NCBI GenBank assembly: GCA_964236655.1
Contig: CAXSFX010000002.1
Coordinates: forward strand, 3,809 to 67,808
Length of the DNA stretch: 64,000 bases
Source of the DNA: an uncultured Acidobacteriaceae bacterium
GTDB taxonomy: Bacteria; Acidobacteriota; Terriglobia; Terriglobales; Acidobacteriaceae
Reading direction: 5' to 3'
Shown: positions 9,754 through 19,180 of the stretch, piece after piece
Layout: every line of letters starts with the position of its first letter
Position numbering within the stretch: the first letter of the stretch is position 1
The notes under the pieces: generated by a model
What the model saw: the letters and a program-made list of their open reading frames with translations, nothing else
Databases searched by the model: none
What the model was told of the DNA's origin: nothing
Made by a program: the position numbers and the translations under genes

Positions 9754-11124
9754 CTACGGCTGCGTGCCTGTCTGGAAGTTGAGCGTGGCCCCGGCCAGGC
9801 GATACGCATAGGTGGCATTCGTCGCCCCGATAGCAGCCTCAGTCTGCTGCAACTGCGCCTGGCTCAGCTCCACAATAGAGGCCAGGCCCAGCCCGTAGCG
9901 GGTCTTTGCAAGCGCCAGGCTTTGGTTTGCCTGTGCAAGCAGTTGCGCGGTTACACCGATGCGCTGGAAGGCATTGTTTGCCGCCAGCCACGACGTTTGC
10001 ACGTCGCGCACAATGCGGTCGCGCAGCAGGCGCGTTTGCTCCCCGGCGGCATCGGCGCGCAGCTTGGCCTCCTGCGCCTCAGCCGAGTACAGGAAGCCCG
10101 TAAACAATGGAATGTTCACGTTGGCGGCAATGCCTCCGTCCCAGCTTGAAAGGAAGTACTGCCCGGGCCGCACCGGCGCGCCGCCGACTGTGCCCAGCGC
10201 GCTGATCGTGGGCCGCCCCAGCTCAGCCTGTGCCCGGCTAAAGCGCCGTGCAGCCTGCTGCGTCAGGTCAGCGGCTTGCAGATCCGGCCTCTGCGCCAGC
10301 GCCAGCTGAACCAGCGCCTGCGCGTCCGGCGGAGGCACGGCGGGCGCGTTCCCCGCATCGTCTACCAGCGTGTAGGTGACCTGGTGGTCGAGCCCCAACA
10401 CCTCATCAAGCTCGGCCATGTTGGCGTTTGCGTTGTCCGCCGCGTCCAGCAACTGCAACTGGGCCTGTGACACATTCACATTGGCAAATGTCAAATCCAG
10501 AGTCGAGCGCAGATTGTTGCTCGTCAACTGGTTCACTTGCCCCTGCGTCGCCTGTCGGGTCGCTATCGTTTGTTGCGCCACTGCGAGCAGCGCCTGCGTT
10601 TCAAGCGCGTTATAGAAAACCTGGTCCACAACCAGGTTCACATCCTCATTTGTAGCCGCGGCATTCGCCTGCTGTGCACGCTCCTGCAGTTTGGACGAGG
10701 CAACAAGATTCGACGTGCGGCCGAAGTCGGTAAGCAGCTGGCTGAGCGCGACCCCACCCCCGGCATGCTGAAACAGTCGGGGATCGTTGAGAGCCCCCGA
10801 GGAGACACGGCTGCCGTTATTGGCCGCCTCCGCCGTCAGGCTGCCGGTCACCTGCGGCAGCAGCGCCGAGCGTGACTCGCGCACCACCTGGTGCTGCGCC
10901 AGTGCCAGCAAGCGGCTGATGCTGACACGCGGATTGTTCTTCAGTGCCAACGCCTCAGCCTGCCCGCGGGTGAGCGTGGGTGTCTCCACCGCCGAGGCCG
11001 GGGTGGGAGATGACAACTGAAACGGTGCGCCGACCGGAGCCGCCGGAAGCGCAACCCCGCTTTGCGCACGGACAGTAAAGCTTATCGAAGCAGCAAATAA
11101 AAGAGCAGGGAATCGAAGCGCCAT
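9754..11124 (-). CDS. TolC-family outer membrane efflux protein
   Basis: Signal peptide MALRFPALL, ALKNNP motif, coiled-coil helices, RYGLGLASIVELSQAQ; starts 2 nt after the RND stop. Confidence 0.9.
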   Translation of the reverse strand: MALRFPALLFAASISFTVRAQSGVALPAAPVGAPFQLSSPTPASAVETPTLTRGQAEALALKNNPRVSISRLLALAQHQVVRESRSALLPQVTGSLTAEAANNGSRVSSGALNDPRLFQHAGGGVALSQLLTDFGRTSNLVASSKLQERAQQANAAATNEDVNLVVDQVFYNALETQALLAVAQQTIATRQATQGQVNQLTSNNLRSTLDLTFANVNVSQAQLQLLDAADNANANMAELDEVLGLDHQVTYTLVDDAGNAPAVPPPDAQALVQLALAQRPDLQAADLTQQAARRFSRAQAELGRPTISALGTVGGAPVRPGQYFLSSWDGGIAANVNIPLFTGFLYSAEAQEAKLRADAAGEQTRLLRDRIVRDVQTSWLAANNAFQRIGVTAQLLAQANQSLALAKTRYGLGLASIVELSQAQLQQTEAAIGATNATYAYRLAGATLNFQTGTQP

Positions 11125-11126
11125 GA

Positions 11127-14100
11127 TTAGACCGCCTCCCGCGTCTGCCCTGAAGCATTTTGCGACGCCCCGGCCTGCCGGTCGCGGCGTCCGTACACAA
11201 CCATGTACACCGCAGGCACCAGGAACACTGTAACCACCACCGACACAGAAAGGCCGCCGATGACGGCACGTGCCAGCGGCGCGTATTGCTGGCTGCCCGC
11301 CTCCAGCCCCAGCGCCAGGGGAATCAGGCCGAGCAGGGTTGCGAGCGACGTCATCAGGATAGGCCGCAGACGAATCTTGCACGACTGCACCACGGCATCG
11401 AGGTAGCTTTTGCCCTCCTCGTGCAGGATGCCGGCGAACTCGACGATGAGGATGCTATTCGACACGACGATGCCGACCATCATGATGATGCCCATCAGCG
11501 ACATGATATTGAGCGTTGAGCGTGTAAGCACGAGCATGACGATCACCCCCGCAAGCCCCGGCGGCACTGCCATCAGGATAATGAACGGGTCGATGAACGA
11601 GGTAAACTGCGCCATCAAAATCAGGTACACCAGGATAAGGGCAAGTACCAGCCCCAGGCCGAATCGCTCAAGCGAAGTATCCATGCTCTGCACCGCGCCA
11701 TGCGTCAGCACCCGCATGCCGTTGGCTGTCGGCACTTCCTTGATAAGCTGATCGATCTGTTTGCTGACCACCTTCAGCGATTCACCGCTCGTTTGCACAT
11801 ACACGTCAATGACACGCCGCAATTGGTAATGGTCCACTTCGGTCGGCGTGTTGATTTCCTTGACGAAAGCCACGGAGCGCAGGGGAGTGTAGCCCGTACT
11901 ATTGGCTCCGCGAAGCGGGATGTTATTGAATTCCTCCATGTTCATCCGGTTGATTGCTTTGTTTGAGTACTGGACGGTAAGCAAGTAATTGTTGCCTGAT
12001 TTCGGATCGACCCAGTATGTCGGCGCAATCACGCTGTCAGATGTCATTGCGGTGATTACATTGTCGATAATGTCCTGCTCCGACAAGCCTACCTGGCTGG
12101 CACGCTCACGATCCACATTGAGCTGTAGCCCCGGATATTTCAAATCCTGCGGGATATACACGTCGGATACGGTTTTGAGGCCGCGCAGCCGTAGTTCCAG
12201 CTTTTGCGCCTGCGCATAAGCTGCCTCCTGGTCGTTCGAGCTGATCTGGATATCGATTGCTGCGGGCGAGCCGGAATTCACAGTTGCATCGACGAGCCCT
12301 CCGGCCTGAAAGTACGTCCTTAACTGGGGCAGTTGCGCGGCCAGCGCGGCCCGCACTTTATCGATGTAGACATAACTGCCGACCTTGTGATCTTCGGTGA
12401 GACTTACCTCCACAAAGGCATTTTCCATGGAAGCATTCGGCGAGTAGATCGACGAAATACTCGGTGTCGCGCCGATGTTAGAAACAATCATGCCCATATC
12501 AGCCGGAGCAACCACCTGCCGGATGATCGTTTCCACCTTCCCGACATAGTCGTCACTTACCTCGATACGAGTACCGCTCGGCATCCTGAGCGTCAGGACG
12601 AACTGCCCGGGGTCGGTGCGCGGAAAGTAGGCGCGCCCTAAAAATGGAGCGAAAATGGCAAGGACCAGGGCAATCACGCCCAGCATGACACCGGCGGCAA
12701 GCCAAGGCTTGCGCAGGGTAGCGTAGGCAAGCTTTTCATACCGGTCCAGCATGGCACTGAAGCCGCGGTTGAACGCGGACGTTCCGCGCTGAAACAGGGA
12801 AGGCTTCTTCTCTTCGCTTTCGTGAGATTTGGGTTTGATGAAGTACGCGCAGTACAAGGGCACCAGCGTCATCGAAAACGCATACGAGGCGAAGATGGAA
12901 AACACAACGCCGTAGGCAAGATCGGTGAAGATGTATTTGCTGACGCCGTCAAGCAAGAACACGGGGAAGAAGACGATTGACGTTGTTACTGTTGCGGCCA
13001 GCACCGGCAGCGCCACTTCCGTGCCGCCGTCGCCGGCTGCCTCCTTCGGCTTTGCCCCTCCTTCGAGCAGGCGGAAGATGTTCTCAAGGACAATCACGGA
13101 GTTATCGATCAACCGAGAAAGTACCAGGGCGAGCCCGCCCAGAAGCATGGTATTGATCGAACCGCCCAGACCGCTCACGATTAGCAGACAGGTAAGTATG
13201 GAGAGCGGGATCGCGATCAAGGCGGCTACCGTGGCGCGCCCGCTACCCAGGAACACAAGGATCATAAGACCGGTCAGGAAAAGGCCGATACCCGCTTCCT
13301 TGAGCAGGTTCTTGATTGCGCCTTTGACAAACACCGACTGATCGAAGGCCACGGCGGTCTGGAGAGCTGCCGGGATACCGACCAGCTTGGCGACAGCCGC
13401 GCGCATGCCGTTCACAATCGTAATGGTGTTGCTTTTGCCCGCCTGCTTCAGCACCGGAATGTAAACAGACCGTTGGCCGTCGATGCGCACGATGTTGTAC
13501 TGCACGGCGCTGGAGTCTTCAGCGTGACCGATATCGGCGACCAGCACGGATGCATTGCCGACCGACCGCAGAGGGATCGAGTTGATCTGCTCGGGCACGG
13601 GTATCTGGCTGTTGGCGTAGATGTTGAGGTCGCGTACTCCGATGCGGACGTCGCCCGCCGGCAAAATCAGGTTGGACTTGTTGACGGCGGTGACCACGTC
13701 CATCAGGCTCATGTTGTGCGCTTCAAGCCGGAGAGGATCGACAAATACCTGGATTTGCCTGGATTTGCCTCCGAAGGGCTGGGGCACCGACGCGCCTTTG
13801 ACACTGGCAATCTGGTCGCGCACTTCAAACTGCGCAGCATCTTCAAGTTGCGTCTGGTCCAGGCCCTTGCCCTTCAGCGTGATGAGGCAGATAGGCTGGG
13901 TCGATGCCGTCATGCCGAGCACGATTGGCGGCAGGGTGCCGGGCGGCAGGCGTCGCAGATCGGCCAGTGCCAGGCTGGAGATGTTGCTGACTGCTGAGTT
14001 GCTGTCAGTGCCGGGACGAAAGAAGACCTTAATCAGGCTGACACCGCTCAGGGAGCGCGACTCAATGTGGTCGATATTGGCACCGAGCGTAAAAAAGCGT

Positions 14101-14297
14101 TCGAAGGTATCGGTGATGTCGGCTTCGATCTGCTTCGGCGGCATACCTGAGTAGAAGGTGGCCACCACCACAACGGGAATATCAATATCGGGGAAGAGGT
14201 CCACCGGCATCGTCCCGACATTCACGACGCCGACCAGCATGACCATAAGGGAGAGCATCAGGACAAAGAAGGGATAGCGCAGAGCAAATTTTGTCAT
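11127..14297 (-). CDS. RND-family efflux transporter permease subunit
   Basis: 1056 aa; MPVDLFPDIDIPVVVV, IDNSVIVLENI and RLRPILMTSLAT motifs. Confidence 0.95.
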   Translation of the reverse strand: MTKFALRYPFFVLMLSLMVMLVGVVNVGTMPVDLFPDIDIPVVVVATFYSGMPPKQIEADITDTFERFFTLGANIDHIESRSLSGVSLIKVFFRPGTDSNSAVSNISSLALADLRRLPPGTLPPIVLGMTASTQPICLITLKGKGLDQTQLEDAAQFEVRDQIASVKGASVPQPFGGKSRQIQVFVDPLRLEAHNMSLMDVVTAVNKSNLILPAGDVRIGVRDLNIYANSQIPVPEQINSIPLRSVGNASVLVADIGHAEDSSAVQYNIVRIDGQRSVYIPVLKQAGKSNTITIVNGMRAAVAKLVGIPAALQTAVAFDQSVFVKGAIKNLLKEAGIGLFLTGLMILVFLGSGRATVAALIAIPLSILTCLLIVSGLGGSINTMLLGGLALVLSRLIDNSVIVLENIFRLLEGGAKPKEAAGDGGTEVALPVLAATVTTSIVFFPVFLLDGVSKYIFTDLAYGVVFSIFASYAFSMTLVPLYCAYFIKPKSHESEEKKPSLFQRGTSAFNRGFSAMLDRYEKLAYATLRKPWLAAGVMLGVIALVLAIFAPFLGRAYFPRTDPGQFVLTLRMPSGTRIEVSDDYVGKVETIIRQVVAPADMGMIVSNIGATPSISSIYSPNASMENAFVEVSLTEDHKVGSYVYIDKVRAALAAQLPQLRTYFQAGGLVDATVNSGSPAAIDIQISSNDQEAAYAQAQKLELRLRGLKTVSDVYIPQDLKYPGLQLNVDRERASQVGLSEQDIIDNVITAMTSDSVIAPTYWVDPKSGNNYLLTVQYSNKAINRMNMEEFNNIPLRGANSTGYTPLRSVAFVKEINTPTEVDHYQLRRVIDVYVQTSGESLKVVSKQIDQLIKEVPTANGMRVLTHGAVQSMDTSLERFGLGLVLALILVYLILMAQFTSFIDPFIILMAVPPGLAGVIVMLVLTRSTLNIMSLMGIIMMVGIVVSNSILIVEFAGILHEEGKSYLDAVVQSCKIRLRPILMTSLATLLGLIPLALGLEAGSQQYAPLARAVIGGLSVSVVVTVFLVPAVYMVVYGRRDRQAGASQNASGQTREAV

Positions 14298-15613
14298 TAG
14301 TCGTTCACGCCCTGACCGCTGCTTATTTCCTTGGGCGACACTTGCGGCGTCTCCGCATCCGGTGCCGCGACGTCGAGCATGCCGCCTTCCTCATGCATCA
14401 CATCGCTCGCCGGTTCCGGCTGCGGCAGCGGTGCCACACGCTCCCCACCGCGGTAGGCACCTGCGTCACCCAGGATGACAGTGTCGCCTTCATTGAGCCC
14501 CTTTGTTATTTCAACCAGGAGCGAACCGCGCAGCCCTGTCTCGACCTGCCGCTGCCCTACCGCGTTGTTCGCATCAAGCACCAGCACAGTCCCGGTTCTG
14601 CCTGTTCCCTGCACGGCACTCAGCGGCACGGTCAGTACATTTTCTTTATGCGCCAGCTGCAGATATGTGTTTGCGTACATGCCTGGAGTAATCACGAGCT
14701 TCGGGTTCGGTACATCCACCTCGGTTTCCATGGTGCGGGTGCTCATATCCAGGTTGCGGGTAAACCGTACCACCTTGCCGTTAAAGCTTTGCTGCAAGGC
14801 ATCGACGCGAATCGACATGGGATCGCCTACATGCACATATTGAATGGCGTCCTCGGGCACAGGGACGCGCAGCCGGAGCAGGTCGCTTTGCGAAAGCTTG
14901 ACCAGGGGAAGCGTCTGCGTTTCCGAGTTGGTGCCTGTCTGGACAAGGGCCCCTGTGTCTGCATAGCGCCAGATCACAACGCCGCTCAGCGGAGCTGTAA
15001 TCGTGGTGTACGACTGCAGTGCGCCTACGCGCTCCTCATCGGCCTTTGCCGTGTCCGCTCCCTGCTGCGCGGCAGAAAGGCCCGCCTTGGCACCATCGAT
15101 GCGCGCCTGTGCGGCGTCAGCCTGCGACCGCGCATCGTCAAGCTCCTGCGCCGCAATCAAACCGGGCTGCTCCTTGGCGGCAGCCTGCAACCGGTCGTAG
15201 TTGGCTTGCAGCGATGCATGCAGCGACTGCGCCCGGCCGACCTCATGCTGTGCCTGTTCAATCTGGTCCTTGCTGCGCCGCGCTTCAGACTGGGTGCCGC
15301 GGTACTGCGCATTCAGCTCCGGCACTTCCAGCACGGCCAGCGTTTGCCCCGCATGCACGCGGTCGCCGATGTCCACGTAGATACGGCGAATGTAGCCGGA
15401 GGCCTTGGCATGTACGTCAACCACCTGATAAGGCTGAAACTGGCCGGCGATGCTGAGTGTGTGGGAGATATTGCCGCGCTGTACCCGGCATACTGCGACT
15501 GCAAGAGGGGCGGCGGCAGCCGGGTGTTGCGACTGGCTTGCGCTGCAACCGGATAGCAGGCTTCCGAGAGGCACAAAGGCGCATGCCATGAACAGGTAAA
15601 AACTCTTTCGCAT
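14297..15613 (-). CDS. RND efflux periplasmic adaptor (MFP), lipoprotein
   Basis: LSGC lipobox; VHAKASGYIRRIYVDIGDRV lipoyl half-motif, TITAPLSGVV, PGMYA; overlaps the RND start. Confidence 0.92.
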   Translation of the reverse strand: MRKSFYLFMACAFVPLGSLLSGCSASQSQHPAAAAPLAVAVCRVQRGNISHTLSIAGQFQPYQVVDVHAKASGYIRRIYVDIGDRVHAGQTLAVLEVPELNAQYRGTQSEARRSKDQIEQAQHEVGRAQSLHASLQANYDRLQAAAKEQPGLIAAQELDDARSQADAAQARIDGAKAGLSAAQQGADTAKADEERVGALQSYTTITAPLSGVVIWRYADTGALVQTGTNSETQTLPLVKLSQSDLLRLRVPVPEDAIQYVHVGDPMSIRVDALQQSFNGKVVRFTRNLDMSTRTMETEVDVPNPKLVITPGMYANTYLQLAHKENVLTVPLSAVQGTGRTGTVLVLDANNAVGQRQVETGLRGSLLVEITKGLNEGDTVILGDAGAYRGGERVAPLPQPEPASDVMHEEGGMLDVAAPDAETPQVSPKEISSGQGVND

Positions 15614-15769
15614 GAGTAACTTCCAGGGCGCACAGGCGGGTAACCCTACGCTTGAGAGCATTTTTCCGCTTACCATGCACTGTTCGCTAAGATGCATAAG
15701 CAGCTCTGGCGTGCAGGAGAGGGAAATGCTTTAACTGAAACAGCGACGCGGCTTAACCGGTCACAAAGT

Positions 15770-16156
15770 TCAGACTTGAAGTTTTGCGGGCGGAGGTCTT
15801 CTAAGCAGGGCTTCGGTCAGGCCGCTCTCATGCGAGGGCAGGGCAGCAGTAGTGCGAACCAGCCTCGAAACAAAGCTGGGCGGGAAGAGACTGAACAGAA
15901 GCGCTGCAAACAGCATAGGCACGATCGCCGGCTCTACCTGTGCAAGCTGCTGCGCATCCGGGGTAGAACGCTCCTGCTGCGAGAGAAGCTTGGCAGGCTG
16001 CCTTACAGACGGCGACACCGAATGGCTGTACAAGGACAGCTTGTAGTGCAAGCCCCAGCCGAAAACCGCGAACCCCAGCATAAGCATCAGCAGTACAGAA
16101 GCGCTGAGGGGAAGGCGTCGGGCTGTGGAAAGAATTTGCATTCGTAAGAAAGCCAT
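15770..16156 (-). CDS. Small membrane protein with C-terminal RPPP motif, upstream of the RND operon (possible regulatory uORF)
   Basis: N-terminal TM (VLLMLMLGFAVFGWGL) then HYKLSLY..AKLLS, second hydrophobic stretch, and RRPPP 5 codons before the stop; start uncertain (16141/16156). Confidence 0.65.
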   Translation of the reverse strand: MAFLRMQILSTARRLPLSASVLLMLMLGFAVFGWGLHYKLSLYSHSVSPSVRQPAKLLSQQERSTPDAQQLAQVEPAIVPMLFAALLFSLFPPSFVSRLVRTTAALPSHESGLTEALLRRPPPAKLQV

Positions 16157-16207
16157 TTCCAGTATGTCATGGCGAATGCCGTGCAATTGCAATCACTTCC
16201 CTCATTG

Positions 16208-16240
16208 GTCATCCTGAGCGAAGCCGAAGGACCTGCTTTT
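16208..16240 (+). repeat. REP-like repeat (GTCATCCTGAGCG family)
   Basis: GTCATCCTGAGCGAAGCCGAAGGACCTGCTTTT. Confidence 0.85.
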
Positions 16241-16336
16241 CCTTTGATTTTCGCGCAACTGTCCGAAAAAGCAGCATCGAACTCATGTCACCCCCTCTGG
16301 AGTGGCAGTGACCGCCCTCACGGAGCCTGCACCCGC

Positions 16337-18364
16337 ATGCCTTTTGCTCGCTGTTTGCTTTCGCTTTTCATATGCGCCCTGCTCCTACCGGGTACCAGCG
16401 CGCTCGCGCAGGTTGCCGCGTTCAAAATCGATCCGGTACCGGCAGAGGTCAGCTCGAATCATTTCCGTGTAACCGTCAACGGCCGCAGCAGCAACGTACT
16501 GCATGCCGCCACAGGCTACTACCTGCTCAACTTCAGCACCTCCGGCCCGGTCACCGTAACCGTGACAGCCCATGACCCGCACTACTGGGACGCGGGCGTA
16601 GAAGTACAGCCCATGCGGCTCGGCATCCGCCCCGTACGCCACGGAGCAACCATCACATTCCGTCTAAACGGGCCGGAGAAGCTGACCATCTCGCGTCCCG
16701 GCGACCACTTCGCCAAAGCGGAAATCCTGTTCCTCTTCGCCAACCGTCCAGAGACAAAACAGATCACAGCCGCAACGCCCGGCATCCGCTACTACGGCCC
16801 CGGCGCGCACCATGAGAACATCGACGCGCACACCGGCGACACCATCTATCTGGCCCCGGGCGCGGTCATCTTCGGGTCACTCAATATATGGCAGGTACAG
16901 CACGTGCACGTGTTCGGCACCGGCACCATCCTCTACGACGGTCCGCAGAACCCGCATGACGACACCGGCTGGATTCACAAGCAGAACTGGCACGTCATCG
17001 TGATGGACAACGCCGACGACATCGAGATCGACGGCATCACCTGCATCACGCGCAGCCGCTCCTGGCAGATCCAGATGAAGGACTCGCGCCACATCGGCTT
17101 CTACAACGTCAAGGTCATCGGCGGCAACCCGAACAACGCAAACCAGGACGGCATGGACTGGCTCGGCGGCGGCGACACCACGGTACGCAACAGCTTCCTG
17201 CGCGCCTCCGACGACAACTTTGCCATGTACGGCAACTGGGACGGCTACGACCCCGAAGTACTGCGCAAGCCCGGTCCCGACGTAACTGATATCACGATCG
17301 AAGACACCGAGGTTTCGACCAGCATTTCAAACACGGTACGGGTCAACTGGCCCGGCAAAACCTTCAACAGCGCGCACTTCCACATGCGCGACATCGACGT
17401 GCTGAGTACCGGCTTCGGCGCCTGCAAAATCCCTTTCGCGTTCTTTGAGCTGTGGTCCGACCCGGACGGCAAAGGCTCGCACACCGACTACACCTTCACA
17501 GACATCCGCCTGGAAGACTGGTACTCACTGTTTCAGATCCGCCAACCATTGCCCCGCGTACGCGATATCGCATTCCGCGACGTGTGGGCAATGGACGGCC
17601 CCGGCATGATCGGGTCCACCTTGCAGGGCGATGTATCTGGAGTGAAGTTGCAGGACGCGCTGAACACCGACCTCCACCTTGAAGACGGCGCGGCAATGCC
17701 GACGAGCAAACCGGCGATGCTCCACGCGGAGTTCACCTATGCAAGCGGCATCCTGAAACCGCGGCAGAAGATCGACTTTACCGCGCAGGAGGAAGAAGCA
17801 AAAGGACGACGCTTTGAGTGGCTTTTCGGCGACGGCACCCGCGCACCGGGCCGGGGCGTTTCACACGCATTTTCTGATGCCGAAGGCACGCTGCTCGACG
17901 GCTCAGGCCGCTTCCGTGTGCTGCTGCATGTGACGGACCCCGGCGGCGCACAAGCCTGGAGCAGCCAAAGCATAGTGCTTGCCGGTGAGCACCCACGCAC
18001 CCTAATCACGCCGCAAGTACCGAACAGCAGAACCCCGGAAACGACTCCGGAAACAACCCTGGAGCGCATGGTCCACGTGCCCGCCGATGGCGGCTACACC
18101 TTCACCCTGCTTACCGGCACCGCCGCCACGTTGAGCATCGACGGCAGCGCGCCGCAGCATACCCCTGCACCGCAAACACAAGTTTGCGGCTCAGAAGGCA
18201 ACGCCGTGCAGCCGGTACGAGTAAGCGCAGTGCTTACCGCTGGGGACCACCGGCTGCAAGTCCGCCAAATGCCCGGGATCGAAAACACAGACACAATCAA
18301 ACCGACGCTGCTCTGGGAAGGTCCCGGCCTGGATCGCCGGCTTCTCCCCCAGGAGAATCGGTGA
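16337..18364 (+). CDS. Secreted parallel beta-helix glycoside hydrolase (GH28/GH49-like) with PKD and PA14-like C-terminal domains
   Basis: Signal peptide MPFARCLL..ALAQ; YYGPGAH, IYLAPGAVI, NQDGMD..SDD catalytic-like Asp motifs; FEWLFGDG PKD motif; LLWEGPG PA14-like end. Confidence 0.75.
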   Translation: MPFARCLLSLFICALLLPGTSALAQVAAFKIDPVPAEVSSNHFRVTVNGRSSNVLHAATGYYLLNFSTSGPVTVTVTAHDPHYWDAGVEVQPMRLGIRPVRHGATITFRLNGPEKLTISRPGDHFAKAEILFLFANRPETKQITAATPGIRYYGPGAHHENIDAHTGDTIYLAPGAVIFGSLNIWQVQHVHVFGTGTILYDGPQNPHDDTGWIHKQNWHVIVMDNADDIEIDGITCITRSRSWQIQMKDSRHIGFYNVKVIGGNPNNANQDGMDWLGGGDTTVRNSFLRASDDNFAMYGNWDGYDPEVLRKPGPDVTDITIEDTEVSTSISNTVRVNWPGKTFNSAHFHMRDIDVLSTGFGACKIPFAFFELWSDPDGKGSHTDYTFTDIRLEDWYSLFQIRQPLPRVRDIAFRDVWAMDGPGMIGSTLQGDVSGVKLQDALNTDLHLEDGAAMPTSKPAMLHAEFTYASGILKPRQKIDFTAQEEEAKGRRFEWLFGDGTRAPGRGVSHAFSDAEGTLLDGSGRFRVLLHVTDPGGAQAWSSQSIVLAGEHPRTLITPQVPNSRTPETTPETTLERMVHVPADGGYTFTLLTGTAATLSIDGSAPQHTPAPQTQVCGSEGNAVQPVRVSAVLTAGDHRLQVRQMPGIENTDTIKPTLLWEGPGLDRRLLPQENR

Positions 18365-18578
18365 AGCAAAGTCGATGTCATGTAAAGAGAACCATGTCGC
18401 CTTGAGCGGGTGTATACAACTTCTCTCTTCCAACCACTCAAAAACGTGTCATCCTGAGCGAAACCTGACGCGCAAGCGTCAGTTACAGTCGAAGGATCTG
18501 CTTTCCTGCCGACATCGCGCAAAGTTCAAGGCTAGAGCCAAGTCCTTCGACTCCGTTTCACTCCACTCAGGACGACAC
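18363..18578. repeat. Leader, one REP-head unit, REP with inserted hairpin, and an inverted REP (REPIN-like pair)
   Basis: GAAGCAAAGTCGATGTCATGTAAAGAGAACCATGTCGCCTTGAGCG; GTCATCCTGAGCGAA-(CTGACGC gcaa GCGTCAG)-..GTCGAAGGATCTGCTTT at 18448; reverse copy at 18541-18578. Confidence 0.8.
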
Positions 18579-18633
18579 CGTGACTAGGCGCTTTCAGAAA
18601 ACAAATACTTTCACATAATCCTTGGCGGCTTGG

Positions 18634-19098
18634 CTAACCACAGCCCGTCGCTCTGTACTGTTTCCAAACAGCGACATTGTCCGTTACATAGAAGAATGGC
18701 TCCATCTTTCTATGCTCAATTATTTCTGTTACGCCCCTGACAGTAACTGCTTCATAAGCTGGATAATCAGATGCGGACCCCTGCGTGAAAATAGTTACTT
18801 GAAAAGGCTCTTTACACACCCTTGCGGCATTTACTTTTTTGAGTATCTGCTTATTGTCGTCTTGCAAGCTAAACAGGGCATTACTGCCCCAAGGCTTGAT
18901 GTAGTAGCTCATGGTAAGCCTGGTGCTAGCGCGCGTAAGTCCGGGTGGTAAAGTAATCCATTTAGGAAGTCTCGAATCACTAGCCAGTGTGAATGTGGAT
19001 TCCGGGAAGTACTCACATCCGACTAGCAAATAACTTACAATTGCTAATGTGCATCCGAGCAGCAAATGCTTTCCAATGTGTTGACTTTTCGCGATCAT
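18634..19098 (-). CDS. Low-GC hypothetical lipoprotein
   Basis: LVGC lipobox after a hydrophobic leader; visibly AT-richer than neighbouring genes. Confidence 0.7.
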   Translation of the reverse strand: MIAKSQHIGKHLLLGCTLAIVSYLLVGCEYFPESTFTLASDSRLPKWITLPPGLTRASTRLTMSYYIKPWGSNALFSLQDDNKQILKKVNAARVCKEPFQVTIFTQGSASDYPAYEAVTVRGVTEIIEHRKMEPFFYVTDNVAVWKQYRATGCG

Positions 19099-19180
19099 CT
19101 ACCTGCCCTTAGCTAATACGTTAATACGTAGTTGCTACCTGCGACCGCCAGATACCCGGTATTTCTTGAGTATCTCTATT

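Noticed and set aside
14291-15556. Long antisense or overlapping ORFs (also 21380-22507, 33352-34614, 41793-42899, 50243-51370)
   Set aside because: They are shadow frames of well-supported genes in GC-rich DNA, with no recognisable motifs.
16169-16336. N-terminal extension of the GH ORF containing a REP
   Set aside because: The signal peptide starts at ATG 16337, so the REP is intergenic rather than coding.
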